Counted from the stretch's first letter, positions 1 through 14,650 are shown. The stretch is 64,000 nt of DNA from Octopus vulgaris (GCA_951406725.2 OX597814.1:146754001-146818000), one strand, 5' to 3'. The notes: generated by a model from the letters alone, not told the origin. A program made the numbers and translations.

Positions 1-147
1 GTTCTTGGCCTCCGCTCTGCTACCTCTTTTATGAATAGGGCATATTTTACCTTTCTTCAGTTTTCTTGGAATAGATAGATAGATAGATAGATAGACAGAT
101 AGATAGATACACAGATAAATAGATAGATAAGTGGCAGCATAATAATG

Positions 148-308
148 TCTATGTAGGATGAATATGTGCTGAGTCAGTTTTGCGATCCTGCTACGTGCTA
201 GATGTTGCTAGATGTTCGCTTCCCATGCTAACAATATATATTTTATATAAAGCTTCCGGAGGCGCATCGATAAGTAACTGGCGGAGAATTTTCGCGGGGC
301 TAAACTAG
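148..308 (+). mobile_element. Possible non-autonomous Helitron remnant
   Basis: GC hairpin gcggagaattttcgc (281-295) lies ~10 nt before CTAG|T (305-309). Candidate 5' TC at 148 (tctatgtag). Confidence 0.35.
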
Positions 309-412
309 TAGTAACAAGGAGCAGATACATTCTTGTGGCTACTGACTTTACTTGTTAGTATAGTTACTTACTACTCTGATCCTTTGTTGAGATTTTCCAA
401 CTAGCTATTTTG

Positions 413-414
<2 letters not shown>

Positions 415-485
<71 letters not shown>
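415..485. repeat. (TA)n microsatellite, representative of many in the window
   Basis: Pure TA run. Similar tracts at ~1057-1160, 6344-6530, 7335-7440, 11539-11592, 20570-20765, 22045-22212, 24003-24056, 24608-24664, 25603-25655, 38449-38645, 51409-51452, 54194-54455, 56251-56316, 63601-63780. Confidence 0.98.
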
Positions 486-487
<2 letters not shown>

Positions 488-1053
488 GGGAGTGCGTGTG
501 GGCGTGTGTGTATACATTTCATGATTGCAAATTATCCACAGTAATTGTTATATTAGCCTCCTATTTAATGATTGCAACTCTCAGTCTAAGCTACAACCAG
601 TGAATTATATTTCTTTTATTAACGTACCGCATCACGATATCATTCCTGTGAAATTATATAGTTTCGTAAATATCAATATATGTACAAAGCAAATCTTATG
701 TTTGCAAATGAAACAATCCTGTTCTTATTCATTCATAAGCTATGCTTGAGTTACTATTTACATCATGACTTGGTACCTGAAGAAATTTTCAATGAAACTG
801 GAAACTTGAGATGGCCAACATATGTCGTCAACGTAATAAATTTACGTGCATATATACATTTATATATTTATATATATCCGCAGCCCACGAGCTGAAAACG
901 ATTTTTCAATATTCTGGAGGTTTCGTTTGTACAATTATAGAGTAGAAATGTATTATTCTTAAACAAGAATATTGATGAAAGTGAATTCGAAATTTTAGTC
1001 TAACACATATATGTATATACATGTAACTGAATACACACAAACACACACACACA

Positions 1054-1105
<52 letters not shown>

Positions 1106-1121
1106 GTATGTATATATATGT

Positions 1122-1184
<63 letters not shown>

Positions 1185-4100
1185 ATCTTACAGAAAGTTG
1201 TTCGGAATTCATGGGTCACTTAATAGTTATACGTCTTAATATGCATATTTTATTTTTATTCTATTATTTTATATCTTAATATGCGTAACAGGATTTCAAA
1301 AAGAATATTTTCTGTATTTGTTTAACACCATGGTACATCCTTTACTAAGATTAGAGAAACGTGTTCAATGTATTAGATTATTTTCTAAAACGGACATCAA
1401 TGAAGACTGCAGAATAACGGAAGCAGCTTTTGGGCTACCGGCACTACTATGCACTACTAGAATATTATCCTTGTTTAGAACTAATATACAGACATATGTA
1501 TTTAAGCACACACGACACTGTGGGTTGTGTGTAAGCTTGTACATACTCATAGAAATTTGAATCTGTGTGTCTGTGAGTGTGTATCTGTGTGTGTGCGTGC
1601 GTGTGTGTACAATATTGCTATATCTGTTTTTCTCCTGAATTTCTTCAATCTATTGGTAATATCCATTAATATCTTATATTCTATTATTTTCTTATTCCAG
1701 ATTTATAAATAATTAATGTATAATATCTTGCCATAGATGAAAATGTAAATAAAATAATGATGAAAAGTATATAAATGTTAAAAAGTGTATTAGGAAAACG
1801 TCTTATCTCAGATTTTGCTGTAACATCTGCAATGATTAAAACAAGAAAATTGTCTAGTCAATGAGATTTTAATAATAGATTATAAAATTATTGTTGATAT
1901 TGTCGTTTTGTTTGCTGCCTGCAGGAAATACTGCGCAATGTCATTTCTTACATTTATTATTGCAAAAGTTTGTGCGTGTCGTTTAGTACAGTGAAAATAG
2001 AAGCTATCATTCAGATAAAGGTGAATTTATTATAAATTAAACGTTATATAATTTAATACATGATATAGGCTGAGTAAAAATTAGAGACAATATGGTCAAA
2101 ATAGGAATGGCTCAGACCAAATTTCGGTTTTAGAGAATTTTCACATCCGTTCAGGAGAAATAATTTGCACTAGCGTCAACCTAGCTTTGTATGTCATTAT
2201 TTTCTCTTATAAAATTTTAAAATGCAAAATGTCTTATCTAAATTTCATTCAGAGTTACATTAAAACCGAAAACGCTACGCATTTTTGCTTTCTTCAAACG
2301 TTATATTTCCTAACACCGCGATATTTGAGCAATTACACAGGGCAACATTTATTTTATGCCTGTTAATAAAGTGTGTTAGTCGAATGACCCTTTTCATGCT
2401 TTAAATATATTACGTCATTCAACTTCAAATGCGAAGAAGACAGGACAATAAATTTCAAACGTATACAAGGCATTAGAGAATGAAATATATCGAAGAGAGA
2501 GTGCTTGAATATGTGATGATTTGTTTTGATGTTAATTAATGTAAGGTGTCTGTGTTACAAAAAGTGAGAGATTGTGTTTTAAGAAAATTTTCATTGGGAA
2601 TACAAATAAATATCTCAAGTATTTAATTCAGCGGCTTTTGATCTCTGTTGAAATTTTATTTATATTAATTTACATTGAACCTGCATGTGACTATAGCATA
2701 AGGAACAAGGTAAATATTGGGTATGGTTTAACGCGGTGAGACACTGTCTCTCTGTCTTCTTTACATATTCTGGTGTACCGGATTGCCTTTCTTATAAATC
2801 AATGACTTGCTTATCCAACATACTTACATCGTCCCTTCAAATGCGGATGATATTCTTTATTTTCAACTGTTCTCACACAGAGAAACATTATCATTATGCA
2901 ACATAAATATCTCACAACCAATCTACACGTTTTCCATAAATAAACAGGTGTATTTATAATAACTCCCGATGTAGTCGTGCCTAAAATGCTTCTTTGATTT
3001 CGATTAAGGGAAGATGATGATAACTGAAAAAATAACACGCACGCAGGAATAGCACAAACCTACTACCAACCTTAAATATGTTACCCTTACCATTGAAGCA
3101 GTTTGAAAGAAAGGTGTATACTCTAAAACGTCTAATTACTTTGCAATCATCAATTTTGTGACTAAGACATTGTGCATGCAGTTTCAACATGTTTTTATGG
3201 ATTTAGGATTCCGGGATATTTTCCTTATCGTATTCATTGCTATATTTTAAAATTTGCATTAAGAGAAATTGTTTAGTTTGAAATTTGCGACAAATCGACT
3301 CCGCTAAATCAAATTCATTATGATTCAGCGTAAATGAATTACATCGTAATACTTAGAACTAATAAGCGCGTCTCTACACAGCCTTTAAAAGAATGATATA
3401 TTTATAAGTGAAATATAATACTGCATGTTTTCATCACAATGGTTGTACTCGCAATATAATAACATCACATTAATAGTTAAGACAGAACTTAGAAAACCTC
3501 TATAAAATGTAAGTCATATAACTATGCATTTAAGTAGTAATTGATTACTCGCACATTTCCGAGTAATTTTTGTCCATCCGCAGTATATACGCGTGTGTAC
3601 ATGAGTGTGTATGTAAATATATACTTCACACAATTTCCTATGTCATTCATATAAACTTGAATGTGATTAAAAACTAATAATCTCTAATTTAGAACAAAAT
3701 AATTGAAATGCGATTATACTCTTAGTTTCCTAGTAAACTTGACCAAGTCAATTGAAGCATATCAAAATTTGTGGAGGAAATGTATCCCCCCATGCGTTCT
3801 ATTTCTCACCCTATTAACAATTTTGTTACTTTTTGGGAGTTAATCTGAAACCGCGTATTATTTTTCCGTTACCATCTAAGAAAATGCAATTAATTACAAA
3901 AGCAGGGCAAATTAAACATTCCAATTGGGAAAAATCATATTAAGAAATCAATTTGCATAAACAAAATGAAACTCATACTGACTAGCGATCCACCATAAAA
4001 TATTACTTCTGAACACACAGTGTGGTTGTGCACTTTAAGCGAAGATGATTGTAAGGAGAGCTGAAGTAGAGAAATCCTTATTGGAAGTTTTCGTTATTGA

Positions 4101-4769
4101 TGAGGTTTTGTTGCCGCCGATAAATTTCGCTCGAATGAATAAATAATCACAGATGTTGTTGTAATGGTATTTCTGGCTTTTATCAAAAATAACTTCATTA
4201 TTTGATGTGACGGTCCGTTTCACATAGCAGTAATGTATAAAATCAAAATAATTTGGTTGCTGTTTCTATTAGACAAACTGACTAAAGGTTTTCTCATTAG
4301 ACTCCGTCTGACCTAATGAACAGAACTTCGTGAACAATGACTAAGAGAAACTGGTTTTGCAATATTGCATATCTCCATATAACGTTAGATGCCTAAATGG
4401 CAATTTTGATTTAGAGCTAAGATTTCAAGAGGAGACACTGCAATTATTTATTGAATTACATGTAATCATTATAAAGCAACAGTAAAAACTGGTAATACTT
4501 ATTTCATCTTGAACACAACCGCCATACTAAATTGAGAAAACTGATAAAATAGATGTTTAAATTTCTCGTATTTTCGAGCGCGACATGCAATTAAATTAAA
4601 TATAAATATAAAAGTGATAGAATATTATGAAATTAAGATTAGTAACATTCTACATAATTTATCTGCGGATATTTATTAGAACGCAGGGAAGAAACTTCAG
4701 TCAGTAATCAATGTGATGATACATGTACTTCAGGACAGAAGCGATAGCGCGCCGGACGAAATGCGGAGA

Positions 4770-5075
4770 TTTAGGTACTAATTTTGGAATTGACAGCTAT
4801 ACCAATCCTAGAATTGGACGGTATTGCATCATACCAAAAATCGCGTGTTCCCTATCTAAAATAAGGACACAGGACTGAAATAGTCTGCGTTTCAAGGACC
4901 CGCACTTGTTGAACATCTTGCGAGGCATCCTTAGAGATCGACATGGTGCTCATGTGCAAGGTTTAAAAGAACGACTGGACATATTTCTATCTAAGACTCC
5001 AGATGGACTCACATCGCGACAGGAGGCACAAAGAAGAGCAGCTACATCCGACTCGCTACTTCCCCAAAAACAATA
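4770..5075 (+). mobile_element. 3' fragment of a LINE related to the element at 56857-61092
   Basis: Translates NFGIDSYTNPRIGRYCIIPK...LLNILRGILRDRHG...LDIFLSKTPDGLTSRQEAQRRAATSDSLLPQ. This aligns to NFGIESYANARTGRHCVVPR...LFNILPKNLRDLHG...LDLFLSGVPDDPTSRQEGQMRAAASNSLMHQ at the end of the intact ORF2. Confidence 0.9.
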
Positions 5076-5129
5076 CCGGAGAAGCACTGAGAACGAGAGA
5101 GAGAGGATATATATATATTTATTGGTATG

Positions 5130-5168
<39 letters not shown>

Positions 5169-5199
5169 ATACACACACATACATTCATGTATACATACA

Positions 5200-5830
5200 T
5201 AGACGCATTTTCGTCATGCGTTATGAAAACGTCAGTCACGGATAATTATCCTACTCCGCCTTCAGCACATTGTTTCTCATGAGGGCGGACGTGACTGACA
5301 AGATCGATACGAGATAGGTAGATCTTGTTAGACTGAGGGCGCTGAAAATTACTCCTAGCCATAGTCGTAGTGGGTTGATGACAGGATCTCTTCCCCTTTT
5401 CATGCAATTTTCCTTCGTTCGGTTTCAAAGTACACTATTCTAGTAATGCATACAAACATCCTTGTTTTCCGATTGATAGTTATGGTCGCCAACAAATTTG
5501 GAGATACCGCATTAAATTTGAAACTGCTGATTCTGAAACGAATTTATGAAAGTCCATGAGGCTTAACTTCTGTTTGGATCTCGCTAAAGTGTTTCGTCGG
5601 TCGAAGCCGATTACTCGGCATCCGAAACACTTGGCCAACCCAACGGAGAAGACAATGAAGGATGCAGGCCTCAAAGCTTTAGATCCCAGGACGCAGGAGG
5701 GTTTCAGTATGAGGGACCTAGTCATGCTATGTAAAGCCGAGCATGCTATGGAGCGAGGTGATACTGAAAGCTGTCAATTATCTGATCTTGCGGCAATAAA
5801 AGATTCAAAAGTTAATCTCAGGGGTTATAA
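5200..5830 (-). mobile_element. RTE-clade LINE 3' fragment
   Basis: Minus strand reads VPHTETLLRPGI*SFEACILHCLLRWVGQVFRMPSNRL (RTE LRWxGHVxRMxxxRLP motif) and FQRPQSNKIYLSRIDLVSHVRPH (degenerate RTE C-terminal CxxCxxxxxSRIGLxSHxRxH). Confidence 0.85.
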
Positions 5831-5847
5831 ATAGAGAACATGTTTAC

Positions 5848-6340
5848 AGTGGATTATAGTTATTTGACATTTGCATCTAATGTATACGCTCTGGTATTCC
5901 AGTGCTCTTAATTATAATTATAATCTTATAATTATATACATTAAAAAGGTCATTTTTTTATAGCCTAGCCACTGATATATCCATTTTAATGATTATATCC
6001 TGAATTCAAAAGTAGAGCTAATTTTTGAGTTCTCTAGTTATTACATTATGCTACGGTACTATTTTTACCGTGTATGATTTCTGACGTTACCCACATGGTT
6101 AAGATGAACTAGTAGATAGAATATATACACGGGAAATATATGTATATATTGGTATCTGTACGAATAGATTTATCGTCATGTTTATGCATTTTTCGCTTAT
6201 ATATTTGTCGGTCTATCTCTACTGAAGATTGCCAATTAATGTTTAATACAGAGCATGAAATCTTAAGATATAGGCTTATCCGAAATATTGTGAATCGTCT
6301 TGCTCATTACCTCGCATTCGACCTGGGGCTACAAGTAAAG

Positions 6341-6379
<39 letters not shown>

Positions 6380-6460
6380 GATTGTAGATAATTGACATCT
6401 ACTTCTAACGTATATGCGCTGGAATTCCAGTGCTATTAGTTATAATTATTATTTTATAAT

Positions 6461-6467
<7 letters not shown>
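5848..6467 (+). repeat. Diverged ~90-bp direct repeat (5848-5938 / 6376-6467); probable Penelope-type pLTR with partial tandem copy
   Basis: agtggattatagttatttgacatttgcatctaatgtatacgctctggtattccagtgct... vs agtggattgtagataattgacatctacttctaacgtatatgcgctggaattccagtgct... Between them lie CTGAAGA (6222-28) and GAAAT (6282-86), plus a 3' end resembling 24580-24607. Confidence 0.75.
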
Positions 6468-6528
<61 letters not shown>

Positions 6529-7332
6529 CTCACACACATGCGCACAAGCACACCTACATATCTCTATGATGTGAATTCTAAAGGAATTGTCAAAGAAAAA
6601 TATATGTGCCGTAAGCACAAATCTGTAATAAGAAAAAACACAACGGCTACGATGGCAATTGCGAATAATATGCAAATGGACATCATTCGAATGTTGGATA
6701 CGAAAACAGTAGAGGCTATCTTAATTTTCAATGTGAGAAAAGGTTCATTTTGTGCTTATTTGTGTCCATGAAAATTGGAGAAGCCATAATCCAATTTCAT
6801 TCTTGCATCAGGTGTCCTCCATTTACATGGAGGTATCTGAAGGGTTTTACTTACTTTAAAATGAATGTAAGCAAAATTGTTACGATTATTGCGATATCGT
6901 GTTAATGGCTTGACTGATGCAGTGCCGAGTGGCACTGTGTTTTACTTGAATTAAGATTTAAATTGCAACTCCCTACCGACATCTGTACAGGCGAATGAGC
7001 TACATGAAAGTATAAGGCATTCAGGTCTTCGTGCTTTATTGATATGAATCATGAGGAGTCGTAATGTGAAATACCCTAATGCGCATCATTTTGTAATGAT
7101 GGTCTTATTACATAAGAAAATGACTCATATTATTTAAATTTCAAGGACATGTGTCCAAAGAACAGAAGTCTTCTCCGTGTAACGGTTTGCATGCTCATGT
7201 GTTTATTATATACATAATAATATAAACTTTGAGCTGGAAAGTGAGCGTGACTACATTGTTAATTACATCCATACATCAGATAGAGTGACACTTCCTTTGT
7301 GTCTGTACAATTTAAATACCTGTTTCCTGGTA

Positions 7333-7377
<45 letters not shown>

Positions 7378-7481
7378 TATATATGTATATACACACACAT
7401 ACATATATATATATATGTATATACATATATATATATATATTAGAGAGAGAGAGAGGCAGGCAGACAGAAAGAGATAGATAA

Positions 7482-7534
<53 letters not shown>

Positions 7535-9824
7535 GAAATAAAGGAACGAATTGAGAAAATAATTGCTCGGCTGTGAATAATTCCACAGTGGAGTATTTTA
7601 AATGAAACGTTAAGGAATATTTCAGCATTCCCGTGGCGAAGTTGTTGATCTGTAGTACTAGCATCATCTGTTGCAGCATTTGTATTGCTTAAATATCTTG
7701 AAAGATTATATGTAAGCCGAGCAATTTTGTATTAAACACCTTAGTCACATGTATTGAACTTCTTCCTTTGAAAAATGAATTATTTTCAAATATGTTTATA
7801 CTTTAAAAACATATTATACAGAGCCATATCATAAATAAGTTTACATCACACTTTATATCTATTCGGAGATCATAAAATTAATATAATGATATGATTTGTT
7901 TTATAATTTGCAATCACATCTTGTTATCTGAGTGTTTGATATAGCGCGTAAAAATCCTGAATGTGGTGCAGATGACATATACTGAATAGATGTGATATTT
8001 ATAGATAACATTATATACAGAATATACCATACTATATCTCAAATGCTTCCCGTTGGTGGAGTACTGTAATTGAGCTGAGACCATTCATTGAAAATACCAC
8101 ACGCATCAAGAAACCTTTATAAAAACATGTATAATGAAAGTTGAATTATTACGAAAAATTGCATTAAATTCATCTCTTAGCGAAAGAAATGACCGCCTAA
8201 AATATATAAAATTCATCTGCTTTCTTAAAGAAAAGAAATTACTTGGAACACAAAGATGATGGTAATTTTGTTAGAAACATATTGAAGCATGCGAAAATAA
8301 TATTTATCATACCAAATAATCAGTTTTCAATTTACTATTAACTACATATAATTGCGTGAAAGTGAAACAAAATGTGTGAACTACATTGAATAATAGCTAG
8401 TAAATTAATATAAGCCACTTTAACTAAAACAGGCCTAGTGATCTGGATTAAATTCATTGAGCATACTAAACGGTGGTGGACAATTTTTATATATACAATG
8501 ACATGAGGAATAAATAATATCTCAGTTTGATTAAAAGTTATTTATCGATAAAGGGCAATATATATTATTTATATTAAGTGCGATATTCAAATTGATAACC
8601 CACGGAAAACGAAATTGCTACAGTTTTCAAAATTATATTAAATTCTGTAAATATTAATATTAGGCATTTAATAAAATTTATACTAGTGAATTAACTTAGA
8701 AACACAATGAATACTTTTATTACTATAAGATAATATTAAAGATATTATTTTACAGAATGCGATACCATGCAATTTTGTGCACTCATTTCTGAAGCGTTCT
8801 GTTGCAATTCTAAAACTTTTGTAACATGTACAATACCACAACACACACGCTATGTTCTTTTTTGGTGGTATACGTTAACCGCTTTGAGAACGGCAGCCAA
8901 AAACAATAAAGAGTATCTTATATTACACAATTTATTTAACTGTGTAATTTTTGCCATTATTAAGATATGTGTATTGTTATTTAAATTTACTTTCCTTACA
9001 GTAACACACAAAAATCAAGATTGTTTTACACTAAAAGAATTCCACCATGAAATGTCTTGGAATTAATTTTAAAACATTGGCACTTATATTCCAAGACCAA
9101 AATAAGTAACTATGGTCTTTGGTTCCAAACCATTTAAGGTCTAGCCAGTAACCACACAAAACACAGCCAGCTCCAGCGACAATGCCAGATGACAACACCC
9201 GTCCAACGGCATTACGGTAATCTCTTTCTTCGTCGCCACCGTCTTCTTAACAACGTCAACGACATCTCTACGTACACAGTTCTACCAACAACGCTGCACA
9301 GTTTCTAACACAGCACAATTCGTGAATTACTTCACCATGGTTAACAGCAAATATACAGCCAGCGAGAACTCCTTTACAAGTGACCCAGGCGGCAGCATTA
9401 CAGCCACAACTTCGCACGACACGTACCACAACCGACTTTGCATCATCGTCGCATCTTTTGGATACAGTATTTCCGTTACAGTTTACACTTGACTACAAAC
9501 TGGCATTTCTCGTTCTAGTGTCTATGAACATTCGTCTAACTTCTCATTATATAATCTTTCACTTTCTATGTCATTGTTGTTCTTATATATACCTAACACA
9601 CACGCATATACCCATGCCCATACATACACTCGTTGTTCTCATGACGGCCTGTCTATCATTCTGTATACATGACGCACACACAGATACACATGTTAACATA
9701 TCAATAAATCTTCTCTTAAACATTCTAAAAAAAAATTATATCTTCATGCTGCAAAACTGGATTTAGTGCAGGTAATTTCCCAATATTGCCATTCTAAGTA
9801 AAAGGCTAAGTAATTGTTTCGAAT

Positions 9825-9957
9825 TTTGGTACTTACTTTATTGGCCCGGAATGCATGTAAGTCAAAGTCTACCTCCGTGGAATTTGAACATAAGTACCAA
9901 AGAAATGGTGGTGAGCATTTCGCCTGGCCTGCTAACGACCCTACAAGCTCGCTGCCC
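9825..9957 (-). mobile_element. tRNA-derived SINE, older copy of the same family as 44691-44920
   Basis: Reverse complement ggcagcgagcttgtagggtcgttagcaggccaggcgaaatgc...gttcaaattcc (B-box, 9879-9889)...gactttgacttacatgcattccgggccaataaagtaagtacca is colinear with the 44.8-kb copy. Confidence 0.8.
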
Positions 9958-11023
9958 ATATCACCCCATAAATAATATCAGAATTTTTTCAAAGCGATTG
10001 GGTTGGATACTTGGAACACAACATATGCAACCATCTTACCCATCAATGTTGGATAAGTTTGTTGGATTTGTCATGAGCAATGTATTATCTAACTTGTTTG
10101 ATATCTGTTTAAAGTTTCTCAGAATATGGTGTATTTTATGCAATGATGCAATCTATGAATACATGAATAAATCTATACTGAAACTTCTGGTGTAAATTTT
10201 GAACCCCATTTATGTTTACCATGTATTTATAATAACGCCATACATATAACGAACCCCATGAAGGATCAACCGTTTCAGTTGGAATTCGTACTCATACATT
10301 TACTGTATCCTACCAACACTTTATGCCTTCATTGTTGTTTTACCTCGCTGTGAACCCTATGTTATAGCTCCTAGATATTTCTGGTGTTCTACGTGTTCAT
10401 GTGATAATATTCTCTTGAATCGAATAACTAAAGCGACATACATACACACTTACCCACACACATACACACACTCACGCACACACACAAAAATACACACATG
10501 CACACACACACACACACACACACATACACATAACCTTTTTGTGTATGCTGAAATTTTCTTAATATTAAAGAAGTGAAAGTCAATATTTACTGTTTTGAAA
10601 TGGATTAAAAACGAATCATTTCTGCTTTAAAATACTAAAGCGCAGAAAAATACTTAGGCTATTAATCTTAAATATGTACACGGATATTTCATAAACGTTA
10701 CAGTATTTTTATCTTATTTTATTTATTAATTTTCAAGTTAAATTATTGACGCTCACACTTACAAACATAAACATATATCGATTCACTATCGTTTGAGATT
10801 TTAAACTTCCCGTATGTGACTTCCGTTCGTCACATGAGATTCTTACCCAAAAATATTTCCATAACATTAATTCTATAAATTTGACGTTGGTATTTGGGCT
10901 TGAATCGAAACAATTATAGGAATTATATATATGTATTTATATTTTCGTATTACTATAATAATATAATATTATGTTAATAAATTAACATGTGTCAATTTGA
11001 ACGAGGAATTTTACTTTTCTTAT

Positions 11024-11083
<60 letters not shown>

Positions 11084-11318
11084 TCATAGGTATATGTATG
11101 TATGAACTGTTTGTATGTGTGAACTGTTTGTATGTGTGTGAGAGAGAGAGAGAGAGGGAGAGAGTGCTTATGTAGGTTTTTTTTATGTCGAGTGACTGAA
11201 CAGACATATTTTCTCTTTATTGAAACTAAAATTGACACTTCTTTCTCGCAATTCCAGCTTGTCTCTCACGCACACACACAAACACTTGTCTATATACATG
11301 CATATTTACATACACGCA

Positions 11319-11392
11319 TACATACATACATACATACATACATACATACATACATACATACATACATACACACATACATACATACATACATA
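11319..11392 (+). repeat. (CATA)n microsatellite
   Basis: catacatacata run. Complementary (TATG)n tracts at ~43655-43800 and ~51452-51513; (TAGA)n at ~72-130 and ~7474-7532. Confidence 0.96.
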
Positions 11393-11534
11393 TATGAATT
11401 CACACACATATATAGATTGATAGATAGGTAGATATGTACAGATATATGAAAAATGTATATGTATATATTTATGCACGTTTGAGTATATGAATGTATATAC
11501 TAAGATATATATATATATATATATACACTCTCAC

Positions 11535-11596
<62 letters not shown>

Positions 11597-12581
11597 GTGA
11601 CAGAGTGTGAGAAAGAAAGAATGAGATAGTGTGTAAACCTTTCTTATCAATAAGTGAATTGCAGTAACAATAATGGTATTTGTCAGGCAATATGACTTAC
11701 ATCTATATGTTTGTCCATTTGAATTAAGCATCTTACATTTAATGGTTTCCGATTAATCAATGATGGTGAAAGCTATATATTTATTGACACATGCCAGCTG
11801 AGTATACATCAAGCGCCTTACAACAGATGTGCAAAATATAGAATAATAATTACATTTTTGAATACCGGCATTGCAGACAATTATTTTTGCAAGGTATCGT
11901 CAATAATACACACAATAGTTTTTCCGTATAATTTAATTGTCCTCTGTCTGTAGTATGGAAATTTTAGGGATCTCCAACGAGATTTCCAATAAGTAAGCAA
12001 AAGAATGGTGACTAAATGAAACAAGTTATTTTGATCGGACTTCTAATAATTATGCAATGTTAACATGAGAATATAAATGAAATAATAGGAATTTCATTTG
12101 TCTGGCACCAGAGCATGAAACGAGGGAAACACTACAAGAAGAGTTCACAATTTATGTGAGAAATTTCAAAATAGATGAGGGGAAAGTATAATATATAGTG
12201 TACATAATATACAAAATATTTGAAGACACATATGATACGGTTTTTGTTTAATACAGCAGAACCTCGGATTTGGGTTAATAACTGAATCCCGTAGAACAAG
12301 GATCAACACCGAAAGAAGAACGACAGAACAAATAGTTGGAAAGAGATATCGTTACTTGTCTAATTCATGTAAGAAATCGAGGTATTTGAAAATAATAAAT
12401 GCTGCTTGTAATTGAACAATGGAAATATAAAACGAGCAACTGAATCTCTTAATATAACAACTAAGATCGAATTTCATGGTGACAAATAGTGATAAAACTC
12501 AAGACAACAAACGAAGAACTGTAGGAGAAGTGATAAAAGTGATAAAGTTTGGCACAGGACAGCATTATGGTGAAAGGAGTT

Positions 12582-12660
12582 TAATCAGTTACAGACCCTG
12601 GGATTTCGCTGGTATATTATTTTTCAATCCTGGAAAGATGAACTGCAAAGTTGACCTGAC
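12582..12660 (-). mobile_element. SINE core fragment
   Basis: gaccctggg...ctggtatattatttttcaatcctggaaagatgaactgcaaagttgacct is similar to gaccccagtg...ctggcacttaatttatcgaccccgaaaggatgaaaggcgaagtcgac at 44767-44830. Confidence 0.6.
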
Positions 12661-12671
12661 AACGTTAAGAC

Positions 12672-12830
12672 GATGAGGATAATGATGATGATGATGATGA
12701 TGTTTTTGACGACGACGACGATGATGATGGTGATGATGATGATGATGCTGGAGATGAGGATGAAGATGATGAAGATGATGAATACGATGATGATAATAAA
12801 GAGGAGGATGGGTCTGATGAGAATAATGGT
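12672..12830 (+). repeat. Imperfect (GAT)n microsatellite
   Basis: gatgatgat interrupted by gac/gag/gaa; source of the poly-M and poly-I ORFs. Confidence 0.95.
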
Positions 12831-12959
12831 GGTATTAGTCAGCATGAATACGTCCCGGTCCTGTTTATGTAATGTTATGTACAATGAACAAAGTATCTCC
12901 TCATAAAATGTGAGATTAATATGACAGAGCCACCAATGCAAAAACCGAATTAGAACAGA

Positions 12960-14650
12960 ACGTTAAAAAGTCAATGTGTTTGTGCATCAGCATATAAATC
13001 GACATACAGTTTGGGCAAAACTTGTTTACTCTTCGAAAACCAAAGCGAAACCTCATAGGACAACTTCATTTTAATGCAAACAAAGGATCACAGCTCAAAA
13101 ACGTGATGCTGTACTCTACAACGAAGCATTAACGTGTACCTTGTGATTTTGTAAAAACTCGCAAAGAAAGCTAAAAACAAAACCCCACTAGACACGTTTA
13201 TGTGTTGATTATTGTCTAATACATGGATGTATTCAATGATCTTTTAAGTTTAGGCGGTTTTGTTGCATGTCTGATATTGGAGAAATATTTTATTTTGATA
13301 TTGGAGACAGGTATCTTTTGATAGGTTTCCAATATGTGGTTTCTGCTTTATAATGTTATGTAATTAAGTTTATTAGTATTTGTTAATGCTTTCTGGATTT
13401 ATTTGCTTGTATTTGATTTGAAAATGGTGGGGGTTCTACATTCATAAACAAGCAACGTGAGTGTTAGATCTCATCCGGTCATAAGTTTTAGAACAACGGA
13501 GAAGTGAGACACGGGGCATTGCTTGTGTTATTTGGAAAATTACATCACTAAACGGATTATACCAGATAACGCCCAAATGGCAGCTAAATATTTCTCTCTA
13601 GTTAGACTGTTAGAAAATTCCTTTAAGAGGAATGCAAAGTGCTTTATTGTGGTATCATTGCGTACTGTGGAAATAAGAATAAATTTCATGTGTTTTTATA
13701 CATGTACTTTATTGCTATATGTATGTTGTTAAAATATTTTGAAAACATTTCTGTTTGATTTTTAATTTACTGCTTAGTATAAGGTTTTCTGATGGTTGTT
13801 CTATTTATCGATTGTTGTGTTGCGTCTTTCACCAAGTATTACTGTATAAGGTCTGACCTGATCGAAAGTAGTCTCTCTACCCTCGGTCATAATTTACTCT
13901 CAGTTATTCGTTGACCAGCTGTAGGAACAGAGAGTGAGTCTGTTTTCCTTGTAGTACATAATTGCTATATGGCTTATGTGAAGAATATATTGTAAAGATT
14001 TGATTCGTTTTAATTGTTTCATGTTTTAAAAATGCTTTATGGATTGTTAGCTGCTAACGCCAGTTTTGTTATATTATATATAATTTATTTATCTGATTTT
14101 GTTTTAAACATGTTATTGTCTGTTTAGCCTACGTTCTTTAAATTTTATTTGTAGCGGATCTGAGATTTATTAATTTGATTTAAGTTATGTCTACTTCCTT
14201 GTGAAACTGAAGTAGATTATTCCTCTGGTTATTAATTTACCGTTTTTTTATCATTTTTTAAACTTTTTTCTTTCCTTCATGTATTACATAATGTCCGTTT
14301 GCTATGCTTATTTATTTAATTTAATAGTTTTTATATTCCTTAGTTTTGTTAGCAGCATCATCCGTTTTGTTTGTGCTCTCTGTCTTCTATACATTATTAT
14401 ATGTATATTTTATCCTTGGTTACCGTAGATATATAATGACTTATGTTGAAGATCTGGTATTTGTATTTGTAAGAATAAGCAAGTGTCGATTTAATGAAGA
14501 TACTGAGCTTAGGTTTAGTTCCTGATTCTTGTCAACAGTCTTCAAGCAGCGCCCGGGTGTCCACACCATGAATATATCTGTTACTCAGGAAAAAATGTGA
14601 GGTATACCTTTGTAGTGTTTGTTTATTTGTATATGTTTTTAATGTGAAAC
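12960..14650. mobile_element. Probable ancient Penelope-like relics
   Basis: Strong A-rich bias on the minus strand, with KPPKLKRSL (~13235-13262, minus) resembling the PLE RxPPNLKxxL linker. A GKT...F segment near 13010-13070 (plus) resembles YIG-T. Highly decayed. Confidence 0.3.

Noticed and set aside
5556-5834. 92-aa plus-strand ORF and a hairpin+GAAAC (5600-5630) resembling a hammerhead
   Set aside because: Antisense to RTE coding sequence (LRWVGQVFRMP); no CUGANGA.
12624-12941. Poly-Met and poly-Ile ORFs
   Set aside because: (GAT)n microsatellite.
13842-13875. ctgtata-aggtctgacctgatc-gaaagtagtc as a hammerhead
   Set aside because: Too many core substitutions to distinguish from chance.
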